From the IMG/VR virus record IMGVR_UViG_3300044981_000152, positions 1 through 64,000 of that record: a stretch of DNA of 64,000 nt, one strand, 5' to 3'. The notes under the pieces are model-generated. The model searched no databases, was not told the DNA's origin, and saw nothing but the letters and a program-made list of their open reading frames with translations. The stretch is from a virus. The first letter of the stretch is position 1. Each line of letters opens with the position of its first letter. Shown piece after piece: positions 45,606-56,116 of the stretch. The translations under genes and the position numbers were made by a program.

Positions 45606-46972
45606 GCGGCACGCTCCAGTCCGCCCGAGGGGCTCCAAGGGCGGTACAGGCTGGTGCACCTCGCGTAGTGGCCCTGGAAAGCCAGCGTCACCGTGGCCTG
45701 CGCGCCCTGCCTGTTCTTCGCCACGATCAGGTCGATCTCCCCGGCCCGCGGCGACTCGCGCTCGTAAGCGTCCTCGCGGTACAGCAGGATCACGATGGAC
45801 GAGTCCTGCTCAACCGAGCCCGACTCGCGGAGATCGGCGAGCAGCGGCCGGTGGTCGGAGCGCATCTCCGGGCCGCGGTTAAGCTGGCTGCCGACCATGA
45901 CGGGAACCTCGAACTCCTTGGCCAGCAGCTTGATGCCGCGGGAGATCTCCGACACCTCGGCCTGCCGGGACTCGGTTTTGCCGGCCGAGGTCATGAGCTG
46001 GAGGTAGTCGACGACGACCAGGCCGGCCGGCGTCCCGGCCCGCCGCATGGATCGCAGCTCCGACCTGATGCCCTGCACCGTCAGGTACGGATCGTCGTTG
46101 ATCATCAGGTGCGGGCATGCGGCCAGCTTTCCGTACGCTCCCGCGATCCGGTCCCAGTCGCCGTCATCCAGGCTCGCGCCGCGGATACGGTGAAGGCCGA
46201 CGCCGCCCTCGGCGGCCAGCAAGCGCTCCGTGCATTCCTGCCCGGACATCTCCAGGCTGGCGAACAAGACCGGGATGCCAGCCGTCAGGGCCGCATGCGC
46301 GGCAACGTTGAACATGACGGTGGTCTTGCCGACCGAGGGCCGCGCCCCCACGGTGACCATCTCCCCCGGCTGGAAGCCCAGGATCACCTCATCCAGGTCC
46401 CGCCACCCCGACATCACCCCGGAGGCCGCGTCCGGGCCTTTCTCGATCCGCTCGAGGGCCGGGGTGGCGAGGGTGGCGATGCTGCATGCCCGCGTCGCGG
46501 CCGAGCGGCCCGTGGCCTCGTCCAGTGCGCGGTATGCGGCCTCGATCCGCTGCGGTATCTCGTCGGCGTCGATATCCAGCGCCCACCCGTACTGCCCGAT
46601 CCGGGTACCCGCCTCGATCAGGCCCCGGAGCGCGGCGTACTTGGCGACGATCCGGGCGTAGTACCCGGCGTTCGCCGCAGTCGGCACCGACGCTATGAGG
46701 GTGTGGATGTACGGGGCACCCCCGACCTTTCCGAGCCGGCGTGTCGCCTGGAGATGGTCAGCGACCGTGATCGCGTCGACCGGGCCGCCGCGGGCCTGGA
46801 GCTCGAGGATCGCTTCGTGGATGACCTGATGCGCCGGCAGGGAATGATCCGAGGGGCGCATCACCTCAGCCACGTCGGCGAGGGCTTCCTTCGACAGCAG
46901 CATGCCGCCGAGGACGCACTGTTCCGCCGCGAGGTCGTGCGGGGGCACGCGCTCGAAGTCGTCGTCGTTCAT
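45602..46972 (-). CDS. dnaB: Replicative DNA helicase, DnaB-like
   Basis: PPHD..AEQ.VLG, GARPSVGKT, SLEMS, VDYLQL, SQLNR, DLRESGSVEQD, AKNRQG. Confidence 0.97.
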   Translation of the reverse strand: MNDDDFERVPPHDLAAEQCVLGGMLLSKEALADVAEVMRPSDHSLPAHQVIHEAILELQARGGPVDAITVADHLQATRRLGKVGGAPYIHTLIASVPTAANAGYYARIVAKYAALRGLIEAGTRIGQYGWALDIDADEIPQRIEAAYRALDEATGRSAATRACSIATLATPALERIEKGPDAASGVMSGWRDLDEVILGFQPGEMVTVGARPSVGKTTVMFNVAAHAALTAGIPVLFASLEMSGQECTERLLAAEGGVGLHRIRGASLDDGDWDRIAGAYGKLAACPHLMINDDPYLTVQGIRSELRSMRRAGTPAGLVVVDYLQLMTSAGKTESRQAEVSEISRGIKLLAKEFEVPVMVGSQLNRGPEMRSDHRPLLADLRESGSVEQDSSIVILLYREDAYERESPRAGEIDLIVAKNRQGAQATVTLAFQGHYARCTSLYRPWSPSGGLERAA

Positions 46973-47703
46973 GCGCCCGGCTTCCTGCGGTCGGTGCCGG
47001 TCATCGCGACCACCTCGCACATTTCCGCGAGGCGGCTGGCGGCACGCTCCCCGATCTGGTCAGCCAGCTTCGAGGGGGGCAGGTTGCTGGTGACGATCAG
47101 CGGCAGGCAGTTGGCGTAGCGATGGTCGATGACGGAGTAGACCCGTTCCTGCGTCCACTCCGATGGCTTCTCCGCGCCGATGTCATCGATGACGAGCAGG
47201 GCAGCGCGCTGGCAGTCGCGGATGGTCTGCACGGCGGCATCGCCGGGGCGCAGGTCGTCTAGCAGGTCGGTCAGGCGGGTGAAGATGACGTTCGGGGCGG
47301 TGCGGGCGGCAGGCCCTCCCCAGTCCACTGCCGGGGGTTCCTCGCCGTGCGGCCTGACGCCGGTCGCCTGACACCAGGCGGCGAGGGCCATCCATGCGGT
47401 GTGGGTCTTGCCTGTCCCGACCTGGCCCGCGAGGTACAGGCCCTGCGCCTTCCTGCCCCGCGATGCCCACTCCGCGGTGGCGGCGGGGATCTCGACGGGG
47501 GCGCGGAACCTCGGCGGGGTGAAGCACAGGATCGCCTCGGCAAGTTGTTCCCTCGCGCAGTGCGGGCACTCTGCCGAGGCCGGGTAGTCGCCGCGCTCGT
47601 CATGGCGGATCACCGTAGCCCACTTGCCGTCGCCTCTGCACTCGGCTGATACCGCGTCCGGGAAGAACCCGGACAGGTCGCCGTGGTTCTGCTTACCAGC
47701 CAC
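46969..47703 (-). CDS. DnaC/IstB-like helicase loader ATPase
   Basis: GQVGTGKT, LLVIDDIGAE, RY...LP.IVTSN, SRL.EM....G.DRR. Confidence 0.92.
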   Translation of the reverse strand: MAGKQNHGDLSGFFPDAVSAECRGDGKWATVIRHDERGDYPASAECPHCAREQLAEAILCFTPPRFRAPVEIPAATAEWASRGRKAQGLYLAGQVGTGKTHTAWMALAAWCQATGVRPHGEEPPAVDWGGPAARTAPNVIFTRLTDLLDDLRPGDAAVQTIRDCQRAALLVIDDIGAEKPSEWTQERVYSVIDHRYANCLPLIVTSNLPPSKLADQIGERAASRLAEMCEVVAMTGTDRRKPGA

Positions 47704-48595
47704 CGTGGTACTCCTCATCGCTGTAGTTCGCCTGCTTGATGCCGGCCGGGGCCTGCGGCTGCGGAGGCGGCGTGTCTTCGTCCAGCCAGCACTTCTTGTT
47801 GAGCCACGTGGCGGGGTACTTGCCGTAACCCCGAAGCACCTGCGGGTCGTCGCAGTACCGCTTGACGGCCTCAAGGAGCACCTGCGGGTCGGCCCCCTCG
47901 CGGATCGCCTTCGCGTATGCCGTCTCGGCGTCGCCGGGTGCCTTGTGGACCGGGTAGGCGGCGTACCACTCGGCGAACTGCGGGTCGGTCGCCTTCTGGC
48001 CTGCCGGGCGTCCGCGTTTAGGCTTTGCCGCTTGCGGGGGGTGCCCGTTGGCTCCGGCATCGAAGAGAGCGCCGTCGCCGGATTTTGCGGGAGTAGATCT
48101 CTCCGTAGGAGAGATCTTTACTTCCTGTTCTCTTCCTGTTCCGGGTGCAGATTCTGCGGGGGGGTGGTGCAGATCTTGCGGGGGCGCAGGATTTGCGGGG
48201 GGTGCAGATTCTGCGGGGTTCTGACTTGTGGCCTGCGGTGATGCCTGACCCCGCAAATCCTGCGGGGGTGCAGTATTTTCGGGGTGCAGATTCTGCGGGG
48301 GTGCAGATTCTGCGGGGGTGCGGGTATTTATGCGGTAGAGGTTGCAGCCTTTCGGCCCGGCGTTGTACCGGACCTCCAGTTCGCCGAGTTTCACCAGTTC
48401 GGCCAGGGCGGTCTGCACGGCGCGCTCACTCAGCCCGGTCTTGCTGGCCAACTCGGCGTTGCTCGGCCATGCCCAGCCCGGGTACGGGCCGTCGCCCTTC
48501 TCGCGGATGGCCCATGCGACCCGCAGCAGCACCAGCTTCGCGCTGTGCCGGGACCTGGAATGGTCCCAGACCCACTCGCTGACGCTGATGGCCAC
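47693..48595 (-). CDS. Replication initiator (lambda O-like; N-terminal wHTH)
   Basis: AWPS...LA.KTGLSERAVQ..L..L...G, internal iterons, C-terminal F..WY.AYP...YPATWLN..W.DE. Confidence 0.9.
   Translation of the reverse strand: MAISVSEWVWDHSRSRHSAKLVLLRVAWAIREKGDGPYPGWAWPSNAELASKTGLSERAVQTALAELVKLGELEVRYNAGPKGCNLYRINTRTPAESAPPQNLHPENTAPPQDLRGQASPQATSQNPAESAPPANPAPPQDLHHPPAESAPGTGREQEVKISPTERSTPAKSGDGALFDAGANGHPPQAAKPKRGRPAGQKATDPQFAEWYAAYPVHKAPGDAETAYAKAIREGADPQVLLEAVKRYCDDPQVLRGYGKYPATWLNKKCWLDEDTPPPQPQAPAGIKQANYSDEEYHGGW
48143..48322. repeat. Iterons / probable replication origin inside the initiator gene
   Basis: GGGTGCAGATTCTGCGGGG four times plus degenerate copies, encoding PAESAP repeats. 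Confidence 0.85.
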
Positions 48596-48749
48596 CCGTG
48601 GCCGCCTTCCCGATCACGCCCTCACGATTCCTGTCGCTCATGCTCTCCATACTGTACTATCATAGCGGAGAACGTGAGGGAATAATGTAGCGGAGGTCCC
48701 CGCCGTGGATCAACTGGAACTGCCAGCCTGGTGTGGCATCATGGATTCC

Positions 48750-48986
48750 ATGGGCGTCACACCGGAGATGCGCGCCCGGCTGACGAAGGCCGGCCGCAAC
48801 TACACGCGCGCCAAGGAGGCGTTCGACGCTGCCCGCGGCGAGCTGGTCGGGGCCATCATCGACGCGCGCAAGGATGGCACCCTCATCGAGGACATCGCGG
48901 GCCTGGTGCCGTACCGGCAGACGCAGGTGAACCGCGTTCTTGAGGCGGCGGGCCTGACCGAGAAGCGCTCCAAGCCGGAGTCCTGA
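48750..48986 (+). CDS. Small HTH-like DNA-binding protein, opposite to the early operon
   Basis: CATCAT-7nt-ATG start. A...G..IEDIA.......TQV.RVL. Confidence 0.7.
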   Translation: MGVTPEMRARLTKAGRNYTRAKEAFDAARGELVGAIIDARKDGTLIEDIAGLVPYRQTQVNRVLEAAGLTEKRSKPES

Positions 48987-49050
48987 GCTTCCGCCTCCTG
49001 ACCCGTCCCACAAGACACCCATAACGCCGCTCCCCTCATCGCCCGGCCGG

Positions 49051-50922
49051 TCACGCTGCACGCTCCAGGTCCGCACCGGTGATCGCCTCGACCAGCGCCG
49101 AGATGATGACCTCCGCCACCGGCGGCGTAACAGCGTTGCCGTACTGGCGCACCTTCTCGCGCTTGCTGCCGAGCACCTGATAGGCCGCGCCGAACGCCAT
49201 GGCCGCGCCGATCTCGCCGGGCTCCAGCATCCGGAACAGCACGTCCTCGACGCTGACGGCGGCACTGGCGAGCGCCCAGCGGTCGGTTGCGGTGATGGCT
49301 CCCACGGGCTCGGCCGCGGTCCTGGCCACGCCCGTGCCGTAGTACGGCATGAGCAGGTGGGCCAGGTGCTCCCAGGTGATCAGCGACTGATGACCTGCCG
49401 TGGTGAGGGTACGGAACGGCTCGCTGGCCGGGGTGGACATCTGCCCCTGATCACCCCGCGCCGTGTTGTTCCGCATGATCATCGCCAGGCCGGGCGGCGA
49501 GATGAGCGCGTGGTGGGCACCGGAGGCGCTGACCGTGCTTATCGGCCCGGTTACCGGCTGCGCGTCCATGTTGCCGCGCATGACGGCGATGAACGGCGGC
49601 ACGGCAAGCCCGGTCTCGGCTCTGGCCGTCTGGGTCCGCATCGGGTCAGACGCCGGGAGCGCTTCCTTGCCCTCGCGGCCCTCGACGGGGACGAGCATCG
49701 GCGCCTGCGTGACGAGCCCGTGATTGCCCCCGTCCGCGACCACCGTGGCCAGCGGTTCAGTCTCGGCCAGGATTGAGCGGTTGCGCCCGGAGCGCAGCGG
49801 CACCAGGAACGGCGGCGTCACGAGCCCGAACGGCTGGCTTGACGCGGTGAGGGATGCGAGCGGCTCGGTCACGGCCGACGTGCGCAGGTCATCCTGGCCG
49901 CCGCGGTTGACAGTCAGGAACGGCGGGCACGCCAGCGCCTTCGTCGCCGTGGCGGTCTGCGTCGTCAGCGGCTCGTCGACCGGCCATGTCCGGACACCCG
50001 GCCGCCGCTCGAACGTGTTCCCCGCGGCCTCCAGCGTGATCGGCCGCGCGTACCGCTTCAGGCCGGCCTCGATCCGCGCGATCGTCTTCGGCTTCAGCGG
50101 GACCGCACGGTCCCCGATCCGGATTCCGGCGAGGGACCAGTCGATGGCCGCAGCCGCCGGCATCGCCGCAGGCTCCACGACCTGGCTGCATGAGACGCGC
50201 GGGCAGCGGTAGACGTACTGCTGCCGGTAGCGGCCCATGTCGCTGCCCGCGCGCTTCCACCACTGCACCGCGGCCACCGCCTGCTCGCACGACGGGCACC
50301 AGGCCAGCGGGCGCAGCCACCGGTCCCAGTCGGGGTCACGGCCGAGCGATGCCGACCAGTAGGCCAGGTACAGCCGGTCCCTGGACTGCGGCGCGTACGG
50401 CGTGACCAGCGGCCGGGCGTGCATCGAGTTGATCGCGATCAGCCGCGTCCGGTAGCCCAGGTTCGCGATCGAGGCGACCCATTCCCGCCACGCGGTCCAC
50501 GCCCGGACATCGGTAACGTTCTCGACCACCCCGGCCAGCACCGGCCGGCCGCGCAGCTGCATCGCCTCCAGGTACCGGGGTACGTCCCACATCAGGGAGC
50601 GGGACCGGTCGGTGGCCTCATCGGGCAGCGTCTCCCCGAACAAGTCAGGCTGCTTGTCGTAGTCGCGGCGCTGGCCGCGGGCCACGGACCAGGTAGGGCA
50701 CTCCGGCGATGCCCAGAACAGGTCACCGGCGGGGAACTTCTCCACGTCGGCGTCGTGCAGGTCGCCCTGGTAATGCTCGGTGGCGGGGAAGTTGAGCGCG
50801 TGCGACTCGATCGCGCGGGCCCAGTGGTTCGCCGCTAGCCGCGCGGTGACGCCGGGGACCGCTGTCGCGCCCTGGCTGCTGCCGCCGGCGCCGCAGAAGA
50901 AATCGATCAGGGTCAGGCTCAC
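49051..50922 (-). CDS. DNA cytosine-5 methyltransferase
   Basis: FCGAGG, SPEC, ENV, QSRDR and GNAV motifs. Seven P-x-x-(T/S/A)-x-(T/V/S)-(A/T) repeats in the variable region. Confidence 0.95.
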   Translation of the reverse strand: MSLTLIDFFCGAGGSSQGATAVPGVTARLAANHWARAIESHALNFPATEHYQGDLHDADVEKFPAGDLFWASPECPTWSVARGQRRDYDKQPDLFGETLPDEATDRSRSLMWDVPRYLEAMQLRGRPVLAGVVENVTDVRAWTAWREWVASIANLGYRTRLIAINSMHARPLVTPYAPQSRDRLYLAYWSASLGRDPDWDRWLRPLAWCPSCEQAVAAVQWWKRAGSDMGRYRQQYVYRCPRVSCSQVVEPAAMPAAAAIDWSLAGIRIGDRAVPLKPKTIARIEAGLKRYARPITLEAAGNTFERRPGVRTWPVDEPLTTQTATATKALACPPFLTVNRGGQDDLRTSAVTEPLASLTASSQPFGLVTPPFLVPLRSGRNRSILAETEPLATVVADGGNHGLVTQAPMLVPVEGREGKEALPASDPMRTQTARAETGLAVPPFIAVMRGNMDAQPVTGPISTVSASGAHHALISPPGLAMIMRNNTARGDQGQMSTPASEPFRTLTTAGHQSLITWEHLAHLLMPYYGTGVARTAAEPVGAITATDRWALASAAVSVEDVLFRMLEPGEIGAAMAFGAAYQVLGSKREKVRQYGNAVTPPVAEVIISALVEAITGADLERAA

Positions 50923-51633
50923 GACGCGTCGCCGCCCCTCCGGTTCTGTCCCGGCTTGTACCGGGGTGCGAGATCACGTCGCCTGGTCCGTCCCGGCGTC
51001 CCTCGGAGCGATGCCCCGCGCTTGGCCAGCTCCCGTTTCATCTCAGCGCGGAACTCGGCACCGGACAGGCCCGTGGAACCGGCCGGGAGAACGTCAGGCT
51101 CGGACGCTCCCCCTGCCGGGTCTTGTCCGCCCGGGCCCGCTTCCGCCGGAAGTCCCGGCCTGGTCTCGGGCGGCGTTTCCGGCGGCACCCGGCCCGGACC
51201 GAGCCCGGTATGAGCAGGCTCGGGCCGGGCGGGTGCCGCGTTCCCTGGTGCCTGGATGAGGTCAGGCACCGAGGACGAGGTTAGGCCGGACTCCCCCACG
51301 GGATTAGGGGAGCCCGGCTCGCGCACTGGAGCCCGGCCTGGGGGCTCGACAGCCGCGCGTCTGGGGGTTCGGGGGGTCACTTCGGCGCCGCCTTTCCTGC
51401 CGCCATGGCGGCCGCCGCGGTCTCGGGAATCTCGCACTGCGGGCACGCATCCCACTGGCGCGGCCCCTTCTGGTTGCGCGGGACTCCGGTGCCCGTGCGG
51501 GCGTCGTACTGGCGAAACTTCCAGCCGTCCGCGGCTGCCCTGATCCGCGCCGAGGTGGCATCGGAAGCCAGTTCGGGATGCTCGGCTCCGCAGCCGTCGC
51601 AGACGAGCCGGGAGAAGCCGACCGCACGCACGC

Positions 51634-52395
51634 TCACGACACACTCCGAAGCTCGCCAAGCTCCGCCAGCGCCGCCGCGACGGTCCGCTCGTCGGCGCGG
51701 ATGGCGGTCTCCCAGCATTCGCCGCACGCGAGCTTGCCGACGCGGCGGCGCGCGGAGTGCTCGCGTCCGTTGCACAGTGCCCGCGCCTTGCGGGCCAGCG
51801 GGTGCTGGCTGGTGAAGTGGTCCGGCTCCCACACCGGGCCCATCGCGGGCCGCCCGTCCCGCTTGCGGTCCTTCGCCCGGACCCGCCGCACCGCGGACAC
51901 CCCGTCGGATGCGGACAGGTCACCGCGCCGGATCGCCTCCTGCGACTTCACGTCCAGGTCGAGCAGCGACAGGTAATAGCCGACCGTGGCGTCCGATAGG
52001 CCGATCGACCGGGCGATCCGGATGTTGCTGTAGCCCTTCTTGCGGAGCTTGCCCATCGCCTCGGCCTTGTCCATCGGGTTCAGGTCGGCCCGCTGGCAGT
52101 TCTCCACCAGCATCAGTTCCTCAGGCTCGGCGGCCGGGGAGTCCTTGGCGGCCTGGCGGAACGCGATCGGCACCATCTCCAGCCGCGCCCGCTTCGCCGC
52201 CGCGAACCTGCGGTGCCCCGCGATGATCTGGTAGTGGCCGGGCTTGTCCGGGTGGTGCTCGACGACGACCGGCTGGAGGATGCCGTGCACGGCGACCGAC
52301 GCGGCCAGCCCGGAGATGTCCCCCAGCTCGTCGCGGATGTTGTCCGGGTGCGGGTGGAGCCGGCTGATGTGGGCGTAATGCTTGCTGGCGGTCAT
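51634..52395 (-). CDS. ParB/Srx-domain protein
   Basis: P.NIR, GILQPV.V, IIAGHRRF.A, ENCQRADLNP, followed by an HTH. Confidence 0.92.
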   Translation of the reverse strand: MTASKHYAHISRLHPHPDNIRDELGDISGLAASVAVHGILQPVVVEHHPDKPGHYQIIAGHRRFAAAKRARLEMVPIAFRQAAKDSPAAEPEELMLVENCQRADLNPMDKAEAMGKLRKKGYSNIRIARSIGLSDATVGYYLSLLDLDVKSQEAIRRGDLSASDGVSAVRRVRAKDRKRDGRPAMGPVWEPDHFTSQHPLARKARALCNGREHSARRRVGKLACGECWETAIRADERTVAAALAELGELRSVS

Positions 52396-52647
52396 TTGCC
52401 CCCCCCCGCTTTCCTGCGGGCTAGCTCATCCCTGGCGCGCTGCGCGATCTCGCCCGGTTCCGGTTCGGTGTCGCGGCCCCGGTAGGTGTAGCCGCTCATC
52501 GGCGCTCCATCAGCCAGTGCGACCGCCGGCGCCTCCCGGCTACAGCTACCCCGGCAGCAGCAGCAGAGAGGATCACGGCTCTCCGGTACCGGCCGTCCAG
52601 GGCGGAAGAGATAGCGCCGAGGAGGGATGCGGCGGCGATGACGCGGA

Positions 52648-53166
52648 TCATGCTGGCACCGCCGCAGCAATGCGCGGGTACTCATCCCAGGTGCGCCCGT
52701 CAAGCTCGCGGCCCCGGACGTTCAGCGACCTGATGTCCTCGGCTAGAGCGACCATGGCCGGGGTCGGGTCATAGTCGGCGGGTGCCCACGGGTAGCTGTC
52801 CTCATCGACTCGCGCGTCCCGCGACTCCTGTCGCGCCTCCTGAAGTTGGAGCGCAAGCTCGGCCTGCTGGCGCTTGATCAGGAGGTAGGGCAGCACGGCC
52901 GCGATAACTTCGGCGGCTCGGTCACCTTCCAGCACCCATTGGTACTGCGTACGGTGATGCGCCCTGTCTTCCTTTGGCTCGTAAGAGCGGACGCTGCCAC
53001 CGTAGATAGATGCAGCGAGGTCGTGCGGTTCCCTCCGAGTCCCAGAGATGCCGACTCGCGGGGCGCAGTAGGTACGTCCCCGGCGAGTGCTGCTGGACGC
53101 GGTGATGTACCCGTCGCTGTCAATGATTCCGGCGAGGTACGCGAGGATCGTAGGCTCAGGCGGCAC
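52648..53166 (-). CDS. Single-motif LAGLIDADG homing endonuclease
   Basis: AYLAGIIDSDGYI, YGGSV, YQW, LPYLLIKRQQAEL. Lower GC than its flanks. Confidence 0.9.
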   Translation of the reverse strand: MPPEPTILAYLAGIIDSDGYITASSSTRRGRTYCAPRVGISGTRREPHDLAASIYGGSVRSYEPKEDRAHHRTQYQWVLEGDRAAEVIAAVLPYLLIKRQQAELALQLQEARQESRDARVDEDSYPWAPADYDPTPAMVALAEDIRSLNVRGRELDGRTWDEYPRIAAAVPA

Positions 53167-54142
53167 GGGGGAACTCCCTCGGGAAAGGCTCGGGCCATTC
53201 GGCGGCGTTGCCGCCTTTCCGGTCGGCGCAGCCCCATTCGCGGGCGAGTGCAGCGCCGGCCTGCTTGAACAGGAACGGGATGCGGGCGTCCTGGCACTGA
53301 TCCCGCAGCGACCGTGCCCACTCGGGAAGCATCGGCCGCGCACCCGGGCCCGACTCGCCGCCAGCGACAACCCATGACACCGAGCCGGGGCAGGCCGCGT
53401 AGATCTCGCCGGCCGCCGTCTTCACGTCGCCGTAGAGCGCATCGACGAAGACGTTGCCCCGGATCTGGAGGTTGCGGAGGTCGATCGCGCCGAGCAGCGG
53501 CTCCGCGGAAACCCACAGCACGCCGGCGGCGGGCTGGCAGGACAGCAGCGCGTGCACCCGGATCGCCGCCCAGTGCTGATCCTCAGCCGAGACGCCCAGG
53601 CACAGGTTCGGGATCGGCCACGGCGCCTGCTGGCCAAAGTGGGTGTCGATGTAGTCGGCCCACGCCCGGCCGCCGCGCCCGAGGTCGGCGGCCAGCTGGT
53701 CCCAGCGGGCCTCGTACATGGCCCGGAACTCCGGCGAGGTCAGCAGCGAGCGCATCCGGCCGTGCCGCTTCGTCAGGAGCTGGAAGGTGTGCCACCGCGC
53801 CATGGCCATGACGGCGAACACCTCGGCGATGAACTGATCCGGCACGTCCTCGTAGAACAGGTCCGCGAGGCTGTTGACGAACACCTTGCGCGGCTTGCGC
53901 CAGTGCAGCGGCTGCTCTAGGCGTTCAGGCAGGAGGTTGACGCGGCCGGTCCAGTCGGCCCGGCCAGGGGTCTGCACGGTCAGGCCATCGAACGCGGCGG
54001 CTACCTTCGGGTTCGGGTTCCCGGCCCGGATGCGCGCCTGGATGATCGCGTAACAGTGATCACATCCCGGCGACACGCGGGCACAGCCGAGCACGGGGTT
54101 CCAGCTCGCGTCGCTCCACTCGATCGCGGTGTTGTCGCTCAT
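53156..54142 (-). CDS. Phage Gp37/Gp68 (DUF5131) protein
   Basis: IEW.D.SWNP..GC..VSPGCDHCYA, VFVNSLADLF, LTKR, SAEPLLG, WVVAGGESG..ARP, FKQ. Confidence 0.95.
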   Translation of the reverse strand: MSDNTAIEWSDASWNPVLGCARVSPGCDHCYAIIQARIRAGNPNPKVAAAFDGLTVQTPGRADWTGRVNLLPERLEQPLHWRKPRKVFVNSLADLFYEDVPDQFIAEVFAVMAMARWHTFQLLTKRHGRMRSLLTSPEFRAMYEARWDQLAADLGRGGRAWADYIDTHFGQQAPWPIPNLCLGVSAEDQHWAAIRVHALLSCQPAAGVLWVSAEPLLGAIDLRNLQIRGNVFVDALYGDVKTAAGEIYAACPGSVSWVVAGGESGPGARPMLPEWARSLRDQCQDARIPFLFKQAGAALAREWGCADRKGGNAAEWPEPFPREFPRAA

Positions 54143-55486
54143 GCGGCCCTCGGAACTTGCCGGTCGCCAGCGGTCTCAGGCGCGGTAACCGCCGCCTTCA
54201 CGTCGTCGAGGAGAGCCTGACTCGCCGCCGTCACCGTGATCTTCGGCGGGGCCTTTACCGGTGCGACGAGCCGCAGCCTGGCCTCCAGCGTCCGCAGCGC
54301 CTTCCAGCCGGTCCCGAGGGTGGCCAGGTAGCAGGCTGCGCCGATCACCTCGGCTGTGATTATCTCGGGGGTGTTCAATGCAACTCCCCGGCGGCGAGGA
54401 TGAGCGTCACGGTGATCGCCGCGCAGATGACGACCGCGCCCACTGCGGCAGCCGGCGTAAAGGGCTTGGGCGTCTTGCCGATCCGGCCGACCGCCATCAG
54501 CGCGGCAAGAACCTCGAAGGCGGCTATCACGTACAGGGCGTACTTCATGCGGGTCCTCCGTTGCTGTCGTCGCGCTTCCTGCAGTGCCCGCACACCGGGA
54601 GCGGCCCGTGCCGGTCCCGGTGGTCAAGCCACGGCCCTTTCCCCCGGTCACCCGCAGGGCACAGGGGCTTCCAGGAGCCGGGGCGGGCGTAGTGAGCTAC
54701 TGACCCGTTCGGCGAGTAGAGAAGCTGCCGGGGCCCGGGTTCCGCAGGTGCTGCAGCGGGAGCCGGCGAGGCCGACGGGAGATCCTGCATCGGGGGATCA
54801 GGCAGCGGCGACACATCAGCCCTCGGCACCGACGGCGGCGGGCCGGCGTGCAGCCCGACCTTGGCCGGACCGCGCTTCTTGCGCTTGAAGATCCTCACGG
54901 AGTACCTGCCTCTCTGACGGCCTGCCCGGCGGCCAGGGCGATGCTGCCGGCGATCACAAGAGCACCTTCCCGGCGGCGGCCAGGACGGCGGTGATCACCG
55001 ACATGACCACGCACAAGACGGCGAACGCCACCCTGAGCCGCCGTTCTCCCGCCACGGCGCTCCAGCAGGCGAGGCCGAAGGCGGCGACGGCGAACCACGC
55101 GGCGATGAAGAGCACCGCGGCGGCGAGAACGGGATGGGTCGTCACCGAGGCCCCCGTCCCCGGCTTCCGGCCGGCACGGCGATCGCCCGGCCCCGGTAGC
55201 GCCTGGCCAGCCACGGCAGCCGCCACCCCGGATACACGCGCTCCGCCTCCGTCGCCTCGTGGTAGCGGGCCACCAGCTCGTACCACCGGTCAGCCATCGC
55301 ACCGGAGAGGGTGATCCCGTCCCGCTGCGCGCCAGGTGCCCGGCACGGCCGGGACCAGGCCCGGCGCAGGACCACCGCCAGGACGATGATCACGGCGGCG
55401 GTGACCAGGGCGACGGCAAGGTCGACTACGCCGCCTCCGCCATGGCCGCCCCCGTCCGGCGGGGACCAGCTGTACGCCGTCCTCAT
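54139..55486 (-). CDS. Run of small, mostly membrane, hypothetical genes (including 54375-54548, 54545-54898, 54954-55146, 55142-55486)
   Basis: Overlapping ORFs with hydrophobic helices. Confidence 0.55.
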
Positions 55487-56037
55487 GCTGCCGCCCTTTC
55501 CGCCTCGGTGAGCCGCCGCCCGTCGTCCGTCAGCCAGAAAGTGACGCCGGGGCCGTCCGGCCGCTCGAAGTACATGACGCCGACCTCGGCCGGGTCCTGC
55601 CAGGAGAACAGCGCGTAGCCCTTCCCCTCGTCGTGCGGGTCGGTGCGGCCGTCAACGCGGCCGTGGCACTTCTCGCCGCCGAGTCCGAGCAAAACGACCA
55701 AATTCGAGGGCACTGGCCGTCCGCCCTGGCTGGCCCGGACGCGGTGGCCGAGGCTGTAGTGCTGGCCCTTGATGGGGGTGCCGCAGCAGACGCAGCAAAA
55801 GCGGTCGCGGGCCAGTACCAGCGCGCGGACCTCAAGCGAGATCAGGTCCTCGCCGCGGACCGTGACGATCCGGTACGTCTTGCACCGCCAGCATTTCTCC
55901 GCTTTCCAGTCGATCTCCGACCGGGGCCTGAGGTCGGCCGCCCTGCGGAGCGCGATGATCTCCGCGGCCTTCTCTGCCGTGTGCTGCTTGTGGTCGCAGG
56001 CGGCGGTGAGCGTGCCACCTCGGGCGAGGCTGGTCAT
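55483..56037 (-). CDS. HNH-like endonuclease
   Basis: R.LVLARD..CC.CCG...HR....GG...SNLV.L...CHG. Confidence 0.75.
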   Translation of the reverse strand: MTSLARGGTLTAACDHKQHTAEKAAEIIALRRAADLRPRSEIDWKAEKCWRCKTYRIVTVRGEDLISLEVRALVLARDRFCCVCCGTPIKGQHYSLGHRVRASQGGRPVPSNLVVLLGLGGEKCHGRVDGRTDPHDEGKGYALFSWQDPAEVGVMYFERPDGPGVTFWLTDDGRRLTEAERAAA

Positions 56038-56116
56038 GGCGCGAACCTCGCGTCCTTCCGCCACTGGCGCATCCTCCGGCGCTCACCCAGGGCCCGGATC
56101 AGCCGAGCGAGGGCGC

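Noticed and set aside
48143-48322. CRISPR-like repeats
   Set aside because: The repeats are nearly adjacent and lie inside the initiator ORF, typical of iterons.
48426-48650. Leaderless start for the replication initiator at 48641
   Set aside because: That ATG is out of frame with the initiator, and the ORF it opens looks like a shadow frame.
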